Below, in pieces: positions 1 to 13,055 of a stretch of DNA of 64,000 nt (its first letter is position 1; each line of letters starts with the position of its first letter). Position numbers and translations under genes: made by a program. Under the pieces are notes generated by a model. That model had not been told where the DNA came from. It worked only from the letters and a program-made list of their open reading frames with translations, and searched no databases. The stretch lies in assembly GCF_018350175.1 (NCBI RefSeq), contig NC_058368.1, positions 229,154,001 to 229,218,000 of the forward strand, in the 5' to 3' direction. The DNA is from Felis catus. Lineage: Eukaryota.

Positions 1-2317
1 TCATAGATGATAGTCACAGTCACCTACTTTACTTGAAAGGACACCTCTGTATTGGCTCAAGTTGTATTTGCTTAACTAAATCATTTAATATGATTCTTAA
101 AGTTCTGCTTCAGCATGAAGACTTTCCAAATGAATTATACATTCCCTCCGTGCATTGCTCTAAATAATCATTTCCCACCCTCTTGACAGATTATAACAGA
201 AGGAAACCATCATGACAAAGAATAAGGCTGCATGCCAGGAGACAAAAGGCGAGATCAAAATAAATAATATCAAAGACAGAAGTCAAAGATGTAAGAGAGT
301 CACAAAAAGTGAATGATGCAGCCAAGTGACAGGAGTTGCAGTAAATTCAGAAAGACTTACAACTTCTTCTTTAGTCAAATATATGACAGGCCCTGCTTTG
401 TGCATTTACACCCCCCATGGTATAACGCGCTTCGGGATTCTTTAGAGGGCATATTACTGACTAGAGTGCTTTGTAGCTTGTGAGGTTCAAAGTTCTTCAT
501 GAAATACACCTGAGATCCTGCAGGGCTTTGCTGATTGATTTAACATACCATCCGCAGATTTAATTATCTTAAAATTCAACATGAAACTACATTTTGATAC
601 ACTCTCATGAGAAAATGGTCTAATCTTTCATTATACTAAGGCTTTTACAGTTCTATGAGGCATATCTTAAAAATGAGAATTCTCTTCTGAATGGATGTAA
701 CGCTAGCCAGGTAAATAAAGAAAGACAACTTCTACCTGCTAGCCTGATCCCCAGTAGTCCTCTCTAATCATGGATACCAGAGTGCACCCCAAAATATAGA
801 GTTCTTGTTAGGGTTCAATCAATGAAAAGCGTAGTCACCTGGCAGCATTTTAATTAATACAGAAAAGAAATGAACTAATGCAAGCTGATCGAAATAACTC
901 TTAATAAATATGTTCCAATGTCAAATAGTGTTTTGATAAGAAGGTTTTAGCTCTGTCTCCAGGGACTAGAGGTGAAGTACATATTGGCTGAACAGTAAAG
1001 ATGGAGATAATTGCAATGTAATTCATGAATCGCATCTTTCAACAAGTTGAATGTTATATTTACCCTCTCTTAAAATGATATTTATTATATCTGAACTCTA
1101 GCATCTTAAGTGGCTAGAGTGTTGCAGGACGTATCCTGTCAGTATGAGTCTTAGAAACATAACCTGAGAACTATATTGAAAGGTCAATCAATGTTTCCAT
1201 TTCCAGTTTCTCATCGTTTTACTTCGTCATGTTAAATTACATGGTAATATAATGTGCTTTCTTTCCATTTAGATTTCAGCTTAGTAAAAATAAGACAATG
1301 GCAAGCTGATGATGCGACACATTTTAACATTCTCCAGGCACATTAAGTGTTTGTTACTGCTGTTCCTTTTGAAAGCAAGGAGTAATCAAAGGAAAGATAG
1401 AGAACTACATCAGTTCCACTTTGTGCACGTTTTTGGCAAATAGATGTAGAGAAATTAATGAACAATGGGCTAAAGTAGATGCGTTCTTATTTTCCCCAGA
1501 AAATATGAAATGAACAGATATAGTCTTGAAACTCTCTTCAGGCTTTTATAAAAAAGTCCAAGGACATTTCAAGGTGGGGAAAAATTAAACTTTGATTTGT
1601 TTGCATTTATACCCATAAGCCTACAATGTTGGAATAACTGTAGGCATTGAAAAAACATGTCTGGGTAGAATAAACTGAGAAATAGATAATAAGGCTACCC
1701 TCTTAAAAAAAAACCAACATCTCACATCCCTTTGATGTTGGAGAAAGCTTTTTAGTTCTCTATTCGAGAACATGCAAAATTTTGTGAGATGTAACATGAT
1801 TTTATGTATTCACTCCAAATTAAAAACTACAGCTAGAAGGCCACTAAATTAATTTTTTTATGACTCCATTTTAACATCAGTTATTTAACCGAATGTAAAG
1901 AGGAACTAGATGAAGATAAATATTCACAAATATTTATCTGATTAATATGATTACTTTTTGGATACTTATTCTTGTACTCTGCACAACATATCATATCAGA
2001 TTCTATAGAGAGAAAACAAATTTAAACTGAAAATAATCCAAGTACTTAAATGTTTTTTAAATTTACATCCTACTGCTACTGATGCATTCATTTTGAAAAA
2101 AAAACACATATATACACACTCCCACATACATACACCCACAAACATACATAGGGGCATGAAAATCTATCTCATTTCATGCACTTACTAGAATAGGAGCAGG
2201 GCTTCTGCCTGCCTTCACAACTCAAATGAGCTCTGTCCTTGGGTTGGTAGCCAGCCTTTTCCCAAATGCCACACAGCAGATAGCTAATTTTTTTTTCAAA
2301 TGCATGTTTCGGTGTTG

Positions 2318-2520
2318 TTACAGCTTTATTGATGTATAACTGACAAAGAAAAAATTGTGCATATTTAAAGTATACAACGTGGTGTTTTGATATATGTATA
2401 CATTGTGGTATATTTACTACAATCAAATTAATTAATGCATCTATCACCTCATATAGTAACCTTTTAAATTAGTTAACTGAGTGATTAATAGTTGTAGTGG
2501 AAACATTTAAGATCCTTTTT
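2318..2520 (-). mobile_element. L1 (L1MA-like) 3' end fragment
   Basis: Typical antisense L1 3'UTR text: 'acagctttattgatgtataactgaca...tatttaaagtatacaacgtggtgttttgatatatgtatacattgtgg...atctatcacctcatatagt'. Confidence 0.7.
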
Positions 2521-2819
2521 TGGTAAATTAAATATCTATTTATTTCCCTACTATTTATTGTGATATTTTTCTTCTGTATTTTTCTTATTGATATCTAATA
2601 ATGCTATTGATTTCTTTACTTTAAAATTTTAATGTTGATGATGTTCATAGTCAATTTTTCTATTATTTCTTATAGATTGTGTGTTAACTTGGTTCTCTAT
2701 GTGGACAATATTTTTTTCAAACCTAATTTTTGTATGAAATCCCATTTTTATTTGAAAACTCTAAAATCTCTAATTGCATTGATTGTTGCCTCTACTACAA
2801 TGGCAGATAGAAATAATTG

Positions 2820-3217
2820 GTGTGGGCAGATGATGTTTGCTCATGGACTTAAGAGGAATGATAAGAAATATTGTATGAAATACAATACAATGAAATATTG
2901 TATGAAATATTGTATGATGGTATTTGAAGATAAGGCCTTTAAGGAGGTAATTACAGCTAAATGAAGTCATAAGGATGGAGCCCTAATCCAACATGATTGG
3001 CGTGTTAAAAGAGGAAAAGACACCAGTGGTGTGCGAGCAGAGAGGAAAGATTAGGGTTCAGAGAGAAGGTAGTCCTCTGCAAGCCGAGAAGAGCAGCCTC
3101 ACATGAAACAAGACCTGCCAATTTGACACTGGACTTCCAGCCTTCAGTACTCTGGAAAAATAAATGTCTGTTGTTTAAACCATCCAGTCTGTGGTATTTT
3201 GTCATGCCACCTGTACA
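2820..3217 (+). mobile_element. MaLR solo LTR (MLT1A/B-like)
   Basis: Contains 'ggcctttaaggaggtaatt...ggagccctaatccaa...ggacttccagccttcag...aataaatgtctgttgtttaaaccatccagtctgtggtattttgt', the characteristic MLT1 body and poly(A)-signal region. Confidence 0.8.
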
Positions 3218-3224
3218 AACTTTT

Positions 3225-3625
3225 AATATAGTGACATACATTTCAAGTTCTTCTGCAATGTCTTTGCATAGCTTGATAGCTCATGTCCTTTTTTTAATTC
3301 ATTCACTTATTAAAGGACATCTTGGTTGCTTCTAAATTTTTACTATTATGAGTAGATCTGTGATAAACATTCATGGGCAGGTTTTGGGGTGGGTATGCTT
3401 CCAACTCATTTGGGCAAATATCTAGGAAACTGAGTGAAGGATTATATGATGACCTGATATTTAGCTTGCCAAGAAACTGCCTGACTGACTTCCAAAGTGA
3501 CAAATGGCGAAGTGGACACCATTTTGCACTCTCACCAGCGATTAATAACATTGTTCATACTGCTCCATACCCTTACCAACATTTAGTGTTGTAAGTGTTT
3601 GGGATTTTAGCTATTCTAATAGGTA
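3225..3625 (-). mobile_element. Old L1 ORF2 3' fragment (antisense)
   Basis: Antisense L1 ORF2-end motifs: 'cattcacttattaaaggacatcttggttgcttc', 'aagaaactgcc...ttccaaagtg', 'ccattttgcactctcaccagc', 'ttttagctattctaataggt'. Confidence 0.7.
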
Positions 3626-3627
3626 AA

Positions 3628-4115
3628 GAGCCTGAATAGACCTATTGACAAAGAAGATATTCACATGGCCAAAAGGAACATGAAAAAGTAGTCAACATCT
3701 TTAATCATTAGGGAAATGCAAACCAAAACCACAAGGAGATATCAATTCACGCCTGTTAGGTTCAGTGCCATTAATATCCAATGAAATACTATTTAGCCAT
3801 AAAACAGAAGGAAATCCTATGCTTTGTCACAACATGGATAGACCTTGAGGACATTATGCTAAGTGAAATAAGTCAGACAGGGAAAGACATATATTATATG
3901 GTCTTTCTTATATGTAGAAACTTAAAGCAAACAAAACTCATAGAAAGAGAAATCAGACTTGTGGCTGGCAAAGGGAGGGGTGGGGGATGGGAGAATTAGG
4001 AGAAGGTGTCAAAGGTACAAACTTCCAGTTATAAGATAAATAAGCACCAGGGATATAATGGACAACATGATGACTATAGCTGATAATGCCGTGTGTTATA
4101 TTTGAACGTTGCTGA
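3628..4115 (+). mobile_element. L1 ORF2 end and 3'UTR fragments (sense)
   Basis: Contains 'caaagaagatattcacatggcc...agggaaatgcaaaccaaaaccacaaggagatatca'. The ORF-track peptide 'KEILCFVTTWIDLEDIMLSEISQ' is the conserved L1 ORF2p C-terminus. Confidence 0.8.
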
Positions 4116-4724
4116 GTTTTAGACTTCAGTTACAGAGTTTGGTTGTTGTGAAAGTCATACATGTAATTAAACACATAAAATGAACATGATACAGTGATGA
4201 AATGCGAAAAAATATATACTGAAAAAATATGTGTTCTACAATGTGTGGTTTACATGAAAATGTCATTCATGTAATTTTAATCATACAAACATTTAATAAT
4301 AATCTATATAACTGTATATCTATTATTATCTATCTATCTATATATCATCTAAGTATCTATCTGTCTAGAGAGAGAATTGGAGAGAGAGAGAATTGCACAG
4401 AACCTAGTTAGCTTAAGAAAAAGGAGCATCTGTAATGGAAATTTATATTTAAGTTCTAAATTCTAATTTTTTTTGATCAACAGATACTGTGTAAATTTGA
4501 AAGCTTACATGTAAATACTGGTATAAGCATCATATTTATACAACTTTATATAATACTTAAAACTATAGCGTCTGGTCATTTGAGAGATGAGAGATAAGGA
4601 GTATTCTTTTTAATAGTAAGTTTATAGCATTACTTGATTTTTAATTATGTACAAAATAATTGTGATGAAAATAGTATTAAGTAGAACAATTATATAAACT
4701 CTACTTTAAAAGAAAGTTGCAGGA

Positions 4725-4856
4725 GGGGCGCCTGGGTGACTCAGTGAGTTAAGCCTCCAACTCCTGATGCCATGTCAGCTCTTGATCCCAAGATTGTGAG
4801 TTCAAGCCTCACATTGGGCTCCGTGTATAAAAACAAAACCAAACAACAACAAAATA
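4725..4856 (+). mobile_element. Can-SINE, old and internally truncated
   Basis: Head 'ggggcgcctgggtgactcagtgagttaagc', B-box 'gagttcaagcc', and an A-rich tail. Confidence 0.8.
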
Positions 4857-5117
4857 CATAAAATGATAACATCATTTACATGAAACAATGTTTACTTTTT
4901 CATAATTATCATTAAGACAATGATGATTTTGCCTCATATTTGCTTTTGCCTTCGATTCATATAGTGATTTTTAGTGTCATACAATATTGTCTATATAATA
5001 AAACTTGTTATAAAGGACACAGGTGTAATAAAAATAAGATAAAACCCAAATTTGAAAAACCTCAAGGCTTAGACTCAGCTGTGTGAAAGTAATTGAAAAC
5101 CTCTAATAAATAAAAGA

Positions 5118-5352
5118 GGGGCACCTGGGTGGCTCAGTCAGTTAAGCGTCTGACTTCGGCTCAGGTCATGATCTCACGGGTCATGAGTCCCAGCCCCCCT
5201 CCCCCCCCCCCATCGAGCTCTGTGCTGACATCTCAGAGCCTGGAGCCTGCTTCAGATTCTGTGGCTCCCTCTCTCTCTGTCCCTACCCTGCTCAAACTCT
5301 GCCTCTTTCTCTCTTTCAAAAATAAGTAAACCTTAAAAAACAATATAAAAAA
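5118..5352 (+). mobile_element. Can-SINE (feliform)
   Basis: Head 'ggggcacctgggtggctcagtcagttaagcgtctgacttcggctcaggtcatgatctc', followed by a (CT)n region and A tail. It has an expanded internal C-run. Confidence 0.95.
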
Positions 5353-7836
5353 AGATTATGAAATAATTATCTGTGGATACAGGGATAGTAACTACCCAAA
5401 AGGAAAAATACGAGTTCCCTTAGAAAAGAAAACCCAACCACATTTATGAGTAAATTCCAATGAGGCTGAGAACAAACAAGCAGAAGGAAGAACTCTACAG
5501 CAGCCAAGCAGGATGTAATCCATCCGGGAAATCACAAAGAGGCAGAATAGCCCTGGAGAAATCCCAGCTGAGGTCCAGAGCATATACATAACCTAAAGAC
5601 AGAATCCCAGTTGTCAAAAACTAAAATGAGAGAGCAGCCATGGTGGGAGGAAGGGGGGGCTGCGGAGAGGGAAGGTTATTTAAATAACAAATACACTCAG
5701 GAAGGGGGAAAAATCTAAGTAGTGAATATGTAAACATAGAAATAAAGAGCTTCAAAAAACAGCAGGAACAGCAAATGCTAAAATAAAAAGAACATAAAAG
5801 CATAATACACTAAATTTGAATAGGAGAAGATTGCCTCAGAGATCGGAATGAACCAGCCATAGCAGGAAATCTATAGATTAGAAAATAGTAATGTCTTCCT
5901 ATGTTGTTCACAGCATTTAGTAGAAAAGGATGAAACCCAATAAATGGACAAAGTTACAAGTGCTTAGGGAAGGTAAACAAATATCACTGGGCAAACTGAC
6001 TTATGTTTTTAACAGCGTGTAAAAAATTATGCTCACATCGACCAGTTATAGGCGAACTATCGCATACATTAATCTTCAGACTGATTTAAAGGTCAGTGTT
6101 GACTATGGCACTATAATTTTTCAATTCTAAAGAATGGCATCAACCAAAGAGTCAGCAACATTTTGATTGACACATGAAAAATTAAAACCCAGATGTTTCA
6201 TACATGAGCATTGCTTTATTGCCACAGGAATCTACGAATCTATGGCAAACTATGTGCTAGATAGCTATATATTGCATGTATTTTCGAGCAGTCAAATGAG
6301 GATAAGAGCAAAACTATTCCGTGGCATGTAAGCAACTCATTACAAATCCTTAGTGCACAGCCACTCACACAAGCCACATTCCAACGTTTACTGTGCACGT
6401 GTGCCATTGGCTGGCACGGAGGCAGGTTGTATCTGTTAAACACATTACATTACAACACAGGTTGTAACTCAGCACAATTTCCAGATTGGAGCATGACTGA
6501 TCCTTAGTCCATTGCGCGAAAGGACAGAAATTTTGGTTGCCTGTTAAACCACCTGTTCCTTTAAAACCACATCCTTTTAAAATATGAAGTTATATGGATT
6601 TAGGTTAATATTGAACAGAGAGAAAGAAAAAGAGAGACAGAGACTAAATATACAGTAAGGTAGGGAATTATTAAGGTTAGGCATAAAATAATAAAAATTA
6701 AACAACTGTTTATGAAAATTAAATAGCTATATATTATGACAAGGTAATGCCATTTCTGAATCTGCCTCTTTTTTAAGAAATGCTCACACAGAGCCAGAGC
6801 CCCATGCACAGGGCCAATCACCTGATTCACGATTATGCTAGCTTTCAGTTGGATTTAACACTAGGTTGGTTTAGTGACCAACACTAGGGGAAGAAGTAAA
6901 ACCTCATTGATTATTGTATGGTATGCTATGCACCAGAGGGAAGCCAAGGTCCATAACTGTATAATCCTGAACATATTTTGAAAACATATGAGTCAATGAA
7001 GAATATGACATAGAATGACATTTGCGGAACAAGATGTGTTCAGATTAAATTGTATACGTGCAATATCTAACCTTTGCTGTTGTTCATGTATACATACGTA
7101 TGCAAGGATATGTGCATCAAACACTAAGAATGAGTACTTTTTATTGAAACGGGAAGTAGGCATCATGAGCCTTTGCAGAGATTGGATTAATGACGCTGAA
7201 AATTTGATATGTATTTGATCTTGTCAGATGGTCAAACCAAGGTGTAGAATAAAATGTACAGGTTTATTTGTATTTATTCATTAGAAAATTTCATATTTAA
7301 AATATGAATTCGGTTTTTCTTTCCAGGAGAAAAGCAAAACAAAAAAAAATTTTAATCATGGCACTAAAGATGGAAAATCTATAAATTGGAAAGGAAGGTA
7401 ACTAATCACAGTGCCACATTCTAGGACTATTCCTCTCCTGTTGTACTTTTATGGGTTTTCTAACAAAGTTGGCATAATTTTACTACTGTAGAACTTTCCA
7501 GAATTTTATTATGCTTAAGTAATTTAGAACTTTGCCTAACAAAGAAAATGTAGTTTGCGTTTTTTAAATATAATGATCTCAGACATTAGGGGGATTTTTA
7601 TTTATTATTATTATATATATTTTTGCTTTATTTGTTTTAAAGGTTATCCAGCAGAACAAGATTCCTTGGGATACACTGGTAAATCATGGTCTATAAAATA
7701 TATATTTGAATGAATCTTGGTAACAGGTTTAGACTTTGGAATTTTAAGTGATGTGTTAATAATTTGTTAGAAAAATACTAGCAACCTGGAAAGGGTATTA
7801 TTTATCAAAGTAAGCTACATGCTGAAATGGAGGTGA

Positions 7837-8206
7837 TGCAGGGAGGTCAGGGTCAAGGGCCCCGAGGGGTCCAGCAGGACCAGCCAAGAGGGTGGTTGGC
7901 TTCAAACAGGATGCCAGCAGGAGATGGAATCAGAGTTTATTGAAGATATAGAGAAAGCAAATAGATGGATCTGGACCATCTGGGAGATCCGGGGTCTTTC
8001 TTTAGATCTTCTCTATTCTAGTCATTAACTCCTTGTCCCTTATAAGGAAGACAATGCATGTCAAGGAAGACATGACATGTGTAGAATGGGGTGGAGCACT
8101 GGTCTTAGCAAGAGTAGAAACCAGAAAAGAAATAAAGGAATGGGGTCCCTTTGGCGTCACTGTCTGAGTGACCATTGCTCCCATCCACATTCACTGACTT
8201 CTTTCA
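7837..8206 (-). mobile_element. Probable ERV1-type solo LTR
   Basis: A GC-richer ~370-bp block bounded by TG...CA, with GTGA on both sides (7833-7836 and 8207-8210). AATAAA lies on the minus strand ('tttatt' near 7936). Confidence 0.55.
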
Positions 8207-9084
8207 GTGATGGTTTTTATCATTCACTATTACACCAAATTTTCAGTTCAATCACTGTTGTCTACTTATATGGATCACTCAAATACCTGCAGTTTTTTTT
8301 TTTTTTGCTTTTATAGATTATAGAACAGATCTATAGATCCCAAAACCCTAGTATACCTCTCTTTACTACAGAATGAACCATAATCATTCATTTCATTGCC
8401 TTACCTAATGTAATAGATTGTTAGTAACATTAATAAATGTTGTAATTTAAATATATAACAAAAGAACATAAGAATGAATTCAAAATTTATTAAAAGCGCA
8501 TACAAATAATTTTTTATGTTGCACTATGTTTCGCTTCATCAACATAGAATATTTTTTTATCTACCTGTATCTGTTCTTCCCCTGAATAAGTACCGAAAAT
8601 CATTCTCCCTTTAATCACATTTTTGAATCTAACAATTTCTATTTTTCATTATATGGAGCTGTTTTATAAAACTTGCTTATCTAGAAAGTAACTTTAATCT
8701 CTAACAGAAGGGATAAGATGACACTATGATTCCATTTGAATATTATTATATTTTAAACAATATTCTTACATAAATGATACTTGTAGTTTCCTTCAAAGAC
8801 TTAAGAACACTTGAATATTTAGTAGTTACCATAAACAAAAGTGGAGTTTCTGAAAGTGTTCTGTTTTAACAAGCAACTAAATTACTTTTTCATTTCAAAA
8901 GCTTGCATTATTTCTGTAGCAAAAAAAGAGTATATTTAGCACCATGATTCCAAACAGTGATTATTGTTCAATCATTACCATTTTATAAGATGTTAACGGA
9001 TACGTGGGGGCACCAGCAAGTTTTCCTACATAAACTTGTCAGCTGATGGGCTGGGATACTGTGGCACAAATGAGAGCTTTGCCC

Positions 9085-9270
9085 CTTGTGAGCTATAGTT
9101 GTTGAACAAATCACTTAACCTCTGTGACTTAGCAATGAAATACTAAAATAGGAATGCATATGCCATAGGGTGGTATAAGGATTAAAACGACAGAATGCAA
9201 AACAGCACCTCCCATTGAGATTAGCCTAATGAAAGTCTTTGATATTTAGATGCTCTAAATAGTTAGCTAT
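9085..9270 (+). mobile_element. MIR relic
   Basis: Matches the MIR core: 'aaatcacttaacctctgtg...aaaataggaat...cataggg...aggattaaa'. Confidence 0.55.
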
Positions 9271-9329
9271 TAACTTACATTTGATAAATCAAGATTATTG
9301 ATCATGAATAACCCTTATATTAGAAAATA

Positions 9330-9534
9330 TTTTTTGTTTAATTATTTTTTTGAGAGAGAGAGGGGAGAGAGAGAGAAAGAGAGAGGAAGGGAGAAACAGA
9401 GAGAAAATCCCAAACAGGCTCCACGCTGTTAGCACTGAGCCCCACGTGGGGCTCCAACCCAAGAACATGACATCATGACTTGAGCCGAAATCAAGGGTCA
9501 GATGCTTAACGAACTGAACAACCCAGGTGCCCCC
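9330..9534 (-). mobile_element. Can-SINE
   Basis: Reverse-complement head 'aacccaggtgcccc', (GA)n region and T-rich tail. Confidence 0.9.
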
Positions 9535-9619
9535 AGAAAACAATTTTATTCTATTTGATAATCCTTATTTGGATAAAAGGAAAATAGGAAAAGGAAAAAA
9601 AAAGGCTTGGAGAATAAAT

Positions 9620-10130
9620 ATATCATCATGTCTCATTTCTTTTCTGATTTCTTCTTTGATCCATTGGTTGTTCCAAGCGTGTTATTCAATTTCCACAACT
9701 TTTGTGAGTGTTCCAAACAGTTTTCCTTCTGTTTGATTTCTAGTTTCCTTCGATTACGATCAGAAAAGGTATTTGGTACAGTTTCCATTTCCTTAAATGT
9801 GTTAAGATTTGTTTTGTGTTAGGTCCATTTGGTCTCTGGTGTTGTTCACGCCTGCTGTTTCCTTACCGCTTTTCTGTCTGGACGTTCTCTATCCATTATT
9901 GAAAGTAGGGTGCTGAAGTCCCCCACCATCACTGTGTTGCTGTTCCTTCCTTCAGAAGATATTGTAACTTATGTCTTCCTAATCCTCTTATAATTATGTA
10001 ATGATCTTTTTTGTCTCTTATGATAGTTTTTTTACTTAAAATCTAGTTTGCCTGATACAAGTGCAAGCACCCAAGTCCCTTGAGGTTACCATTTGCCTGG
10101 ACTATCTTCGTCTGTCCCCTCACTTTCAGC
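9620..10130 (-). mobile_element. L1 ORF2 endonuclease-region fragments (antisense)
   Basis: Contains 'gatttcttctttgatccattggttgttc', 'tatccattattgaaagtagggtgctgaagtcccccacca' and 'ccatttgcctggactatcttc...cctcactttcag'. Confidence 0.75.
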
Positions 10131-11005
10131 TCATCAATACATGTTTAACATAAACATGTAACAGTGTATTCCAGAACAATTCTAGTCAGCATTTGAAGAG
10201 CTTGCATTTTTCTGTCAAAAACAACCTAGCATCCATGTCCTATGGTAGTCTGGCAGGAGACTGTCATATTCTCTTGTCACCCATCTGGGAAGAGAGATAA
10301 GATTCAACAGAAGAGACATACCAATCAATGGCACGTCAAAACCATCACCAAAAACAATCACATCTGACAGTAGTAGTTCATCTTTTTTGTCAACTGCTTT
10401 ACAATATATGTAATGATAGATTTCATTCTTTTTATAAAAAAGTTATGGAGCCAATCTGGGCTTGGAGAATATAAGGCACATTCAATAGTTCCCTGTGTCC
10501 ACATGGGGTATGTTGTGCAGATGGCAGGATACTGTCAGTGAATTTAGGCTGTTTGGAAACCGGAATTAGACCAATCCATTTTTGGCGTAGTTAAGAATTC
10601 ATATAAGGCCTTGGATAGAGATGACTGTTAATTAGAAGTTATTCAACAAATATCTATTGAGATATGATTATGTCTAAGGCATGTGAGTGATAAAAATGTG
10701 AACAATTCAAGATAAACCTTACGTGAGATAAAATTAGTGTAACAAATATAGAAATTATCAAAGAGCTGGGAACAGGGACAGAATTACCAGATGCTTTAAC
10801 TTGCAAAATAGTTGTAATGATCATTTATGGAAAATTCTACATTTGTTTTATTTTATTCTCCATTTTATACGAATCTAAAATAAGTTAATAATATAGTTCC
10901 TTTCACTTATAGTTTTTTTTATTAGTATTTACAGTTCTCTTTGTTAAGAAAATAAATGTGTTTCAAATTGTGGCTTTTATTTAGCAAGTAAAGTTATATC
11001 TCGAA

Positions 11006-11410
11006 TGTCAAAGGAAGCACTCATTACTCGCTTGCAGCGGACGAACGAAACGCTGAATTTATGGCTTCGTAAGTATGGGAGAGCAGTGCTTGCAAAATAC
11101 AGACTCTTGGAAAATAGCAAGTGCTGTACTTATGGGATCTGGGGGAACACTGAATTCAAGAAGCGGTGGACTTGACCAAGTTGGAGTGTTTATAAATTGG
11201 CTGACTTTCAGCTGTGGAAGGACGTGACTGGGGTGTGAATCTCACTGACCCACTCTCGGAAGCTGCTCACCAGTGCCTGTTAGTTCCTCGCTGACTGGCT
11301 GACTCAGAGACAAACTGAGATGAACCTTCACTAATTGGGCCAGGACCAATTTAATACTACTTTTGCAGCTACTTGTTCGTGGGATCAGGACGATGGCCAA
11401 AGAACAACTG
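11006..11410 (-). mobile_element. Possible ancient LTR (ERV1-like); family uncertain
   Basis: GC-richer block starting 'tgtcaaagg' with repeated 'gattggctgact'-like motifs seen in old eutherian LTRs. The boundaries are unclear. Confidence 0.3.
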
Positions 11411-11994
11411 ATCTTTTTTGTGTGTGTTTGGAGAATAGAAACATTTTATTCTCACATACGCAGGTTAATAAGTAAGGAATTATTTCCACCCCATGAAATG
11501 TATACTGAATTGAGTAGCTTTGTGCTTCTCAAAATTATTGGTGTTGGCTGCCTGCAGATTTTTTGACTTCCTAAACTAAAAGCGGTTAATGATGGTAGAT
11601 GCATTTATCTATAGACATGAAAAATTCTGAAGAGTATAGAAATTGACTTGACATACTACAATTAAGAGTTTTTGTGAGGAATCCTTACATTATAACCAGA
11701 CCAGGATATTAGTCTTTTAAGAAAAAAAATGTATATTCAAATTTAAAATCCTAATATTCACTTAATATTTTAGTATGTATTCTTTTATAGAAAACTAAAA
11801 TAATATATGCATAAAAAGGGAAGAAAAAGAACAGCTGATAAGATATAATTTATTAAATTAAAAAACAAAGCTTTTTCACTACTTTCTTATATTTTCTACT
11901 TAAAGCACTCAAAAGAAATAAAGTACATTTAGAATTATAGTTGTATGAAATTGAGGACTACGTATAATCCTTGTGTACTCTAAGTTAAATTTCA

Positions 11995-12203
11995 TTTTTT
12001 TTAATGTTTATTCACTTTTGAGAGGCAGAGAGAGACAGAGCATGAATGGGAGAGAGGCAAAGAGAGAAAGACACAGAATCTGAAGCAGGCTCCAGGCTCT
12101 GAGCTGTCGGCACAGAACCCGATGAGGGGCTGGAACTCACAAGTGGTGAGATCATGACCTGAGCCAAAGTTGGACGCTTAACCAACTGAGCCACCCAGGC
12201 GCG
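11995..12203 (-). mobile_element. Can-SINE (feliform)
   Basis: 'aatgtttattcacttttgagaggcagag...ggctccaggctctgagctgtc...gagccacccaggcgc'. Confidence 0.95.
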
Positions 12204-12582
12204 TCTTATATTTTAAATGCTTATATTGTGTATTTGCAACATACATTTGTAATAGTATGCCATGTTAAAATAAGTATTGTCAAGCTATTTTACCTAATTT
12301 TTCAACTCTATCTCTGCCTATAGAATTCAGTATTTTGTGGGGCTCTATTTTAGAAACACCTGGTAGAAATGAATTACTACAGAATTTGTCAAGCTGATAG
12401 AAGGATTAATTACTAACTCAATTTCTTGAAGCCAATCCTTTAAAATGTAGTGTGAAGAAAGTAGGGCTAAATCAAGTGAGTTTTCTTATATATATTTGCA
12501 ATTCCCTTGTAATATAGAAACTGGGGAAAAGCTTTTCCATGCATGGTGTGCAATGTATGCTGTTTAAATATGGACAATATGA

Positions 12583-12789
12583 TAGTTTCTCAGTCTTAGC
12601 ACTGTTGACATTTGAGCCTGGGGAATTCTTTGGGGGATCTGTTCTGTGTTTAGTAGCATCCCTAGACTACTGACATTTACAGTAGCACCTCAAAAAAAGA
12701 AATATGACCCCAAAATGTTTCAGGATATTGCTAAATGTTTGTTGTGGAGAACTGGGGAACAGAAAATAGTCCCAGTTGTGAAACTTTGG
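12583..12789 (+). mobile_element. MER20-like hAT-Charlie non-autonomous DNA transposon
   Basis: Matches the MER20 layout: 'tttctcagtcttagcactgttgacatttgagc...tttagtagcatccct...aaaatgtttcaggatattgctaaatgt...cccagttgtgaaac'. Confidence 0.7.
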
Positions 12790-13055
12790 TCAACTGTGAA
12801 GTACATATTTATTTTGCTCAATGCCTCCTCCTGATGTCACCTTGAACTGTGATTATATGAACATCTACATGGGAAAACCACCAAGACAACAAAGTAGTTT
12901 ACCTGTGATATCTTAACCAGTTTCAAGTTTGCCAGATTCAAGAGCCATTTAAAAAGAAAATCTCATTGCTTTTGGACCTTCATAACCAATTAGAAAAGAC
13001 AATGTAAAAAGAATCCAATAGTGTTGAAAATGATAATGCATATAGAAATTACTCT

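Noticed and set aside
2860..2920. Short tandem 'gaaatattgtat' repeats giving the KYCM repeat in ORF 2632-2964
   Set aside because: This is a local slippage duplication inside an MLT1 LTR, not coding sequence.
10200..10620. Minus-strand stretch with a protein-like frame (VDKKDELLLSDVIVFGDGFDVPLIG) and a faint mariner 'YSPDLAP'-like echo
   Set aside because: There is no good acceptor, frame changes are required, no TIRs are visible, and the similarity is at chance level.
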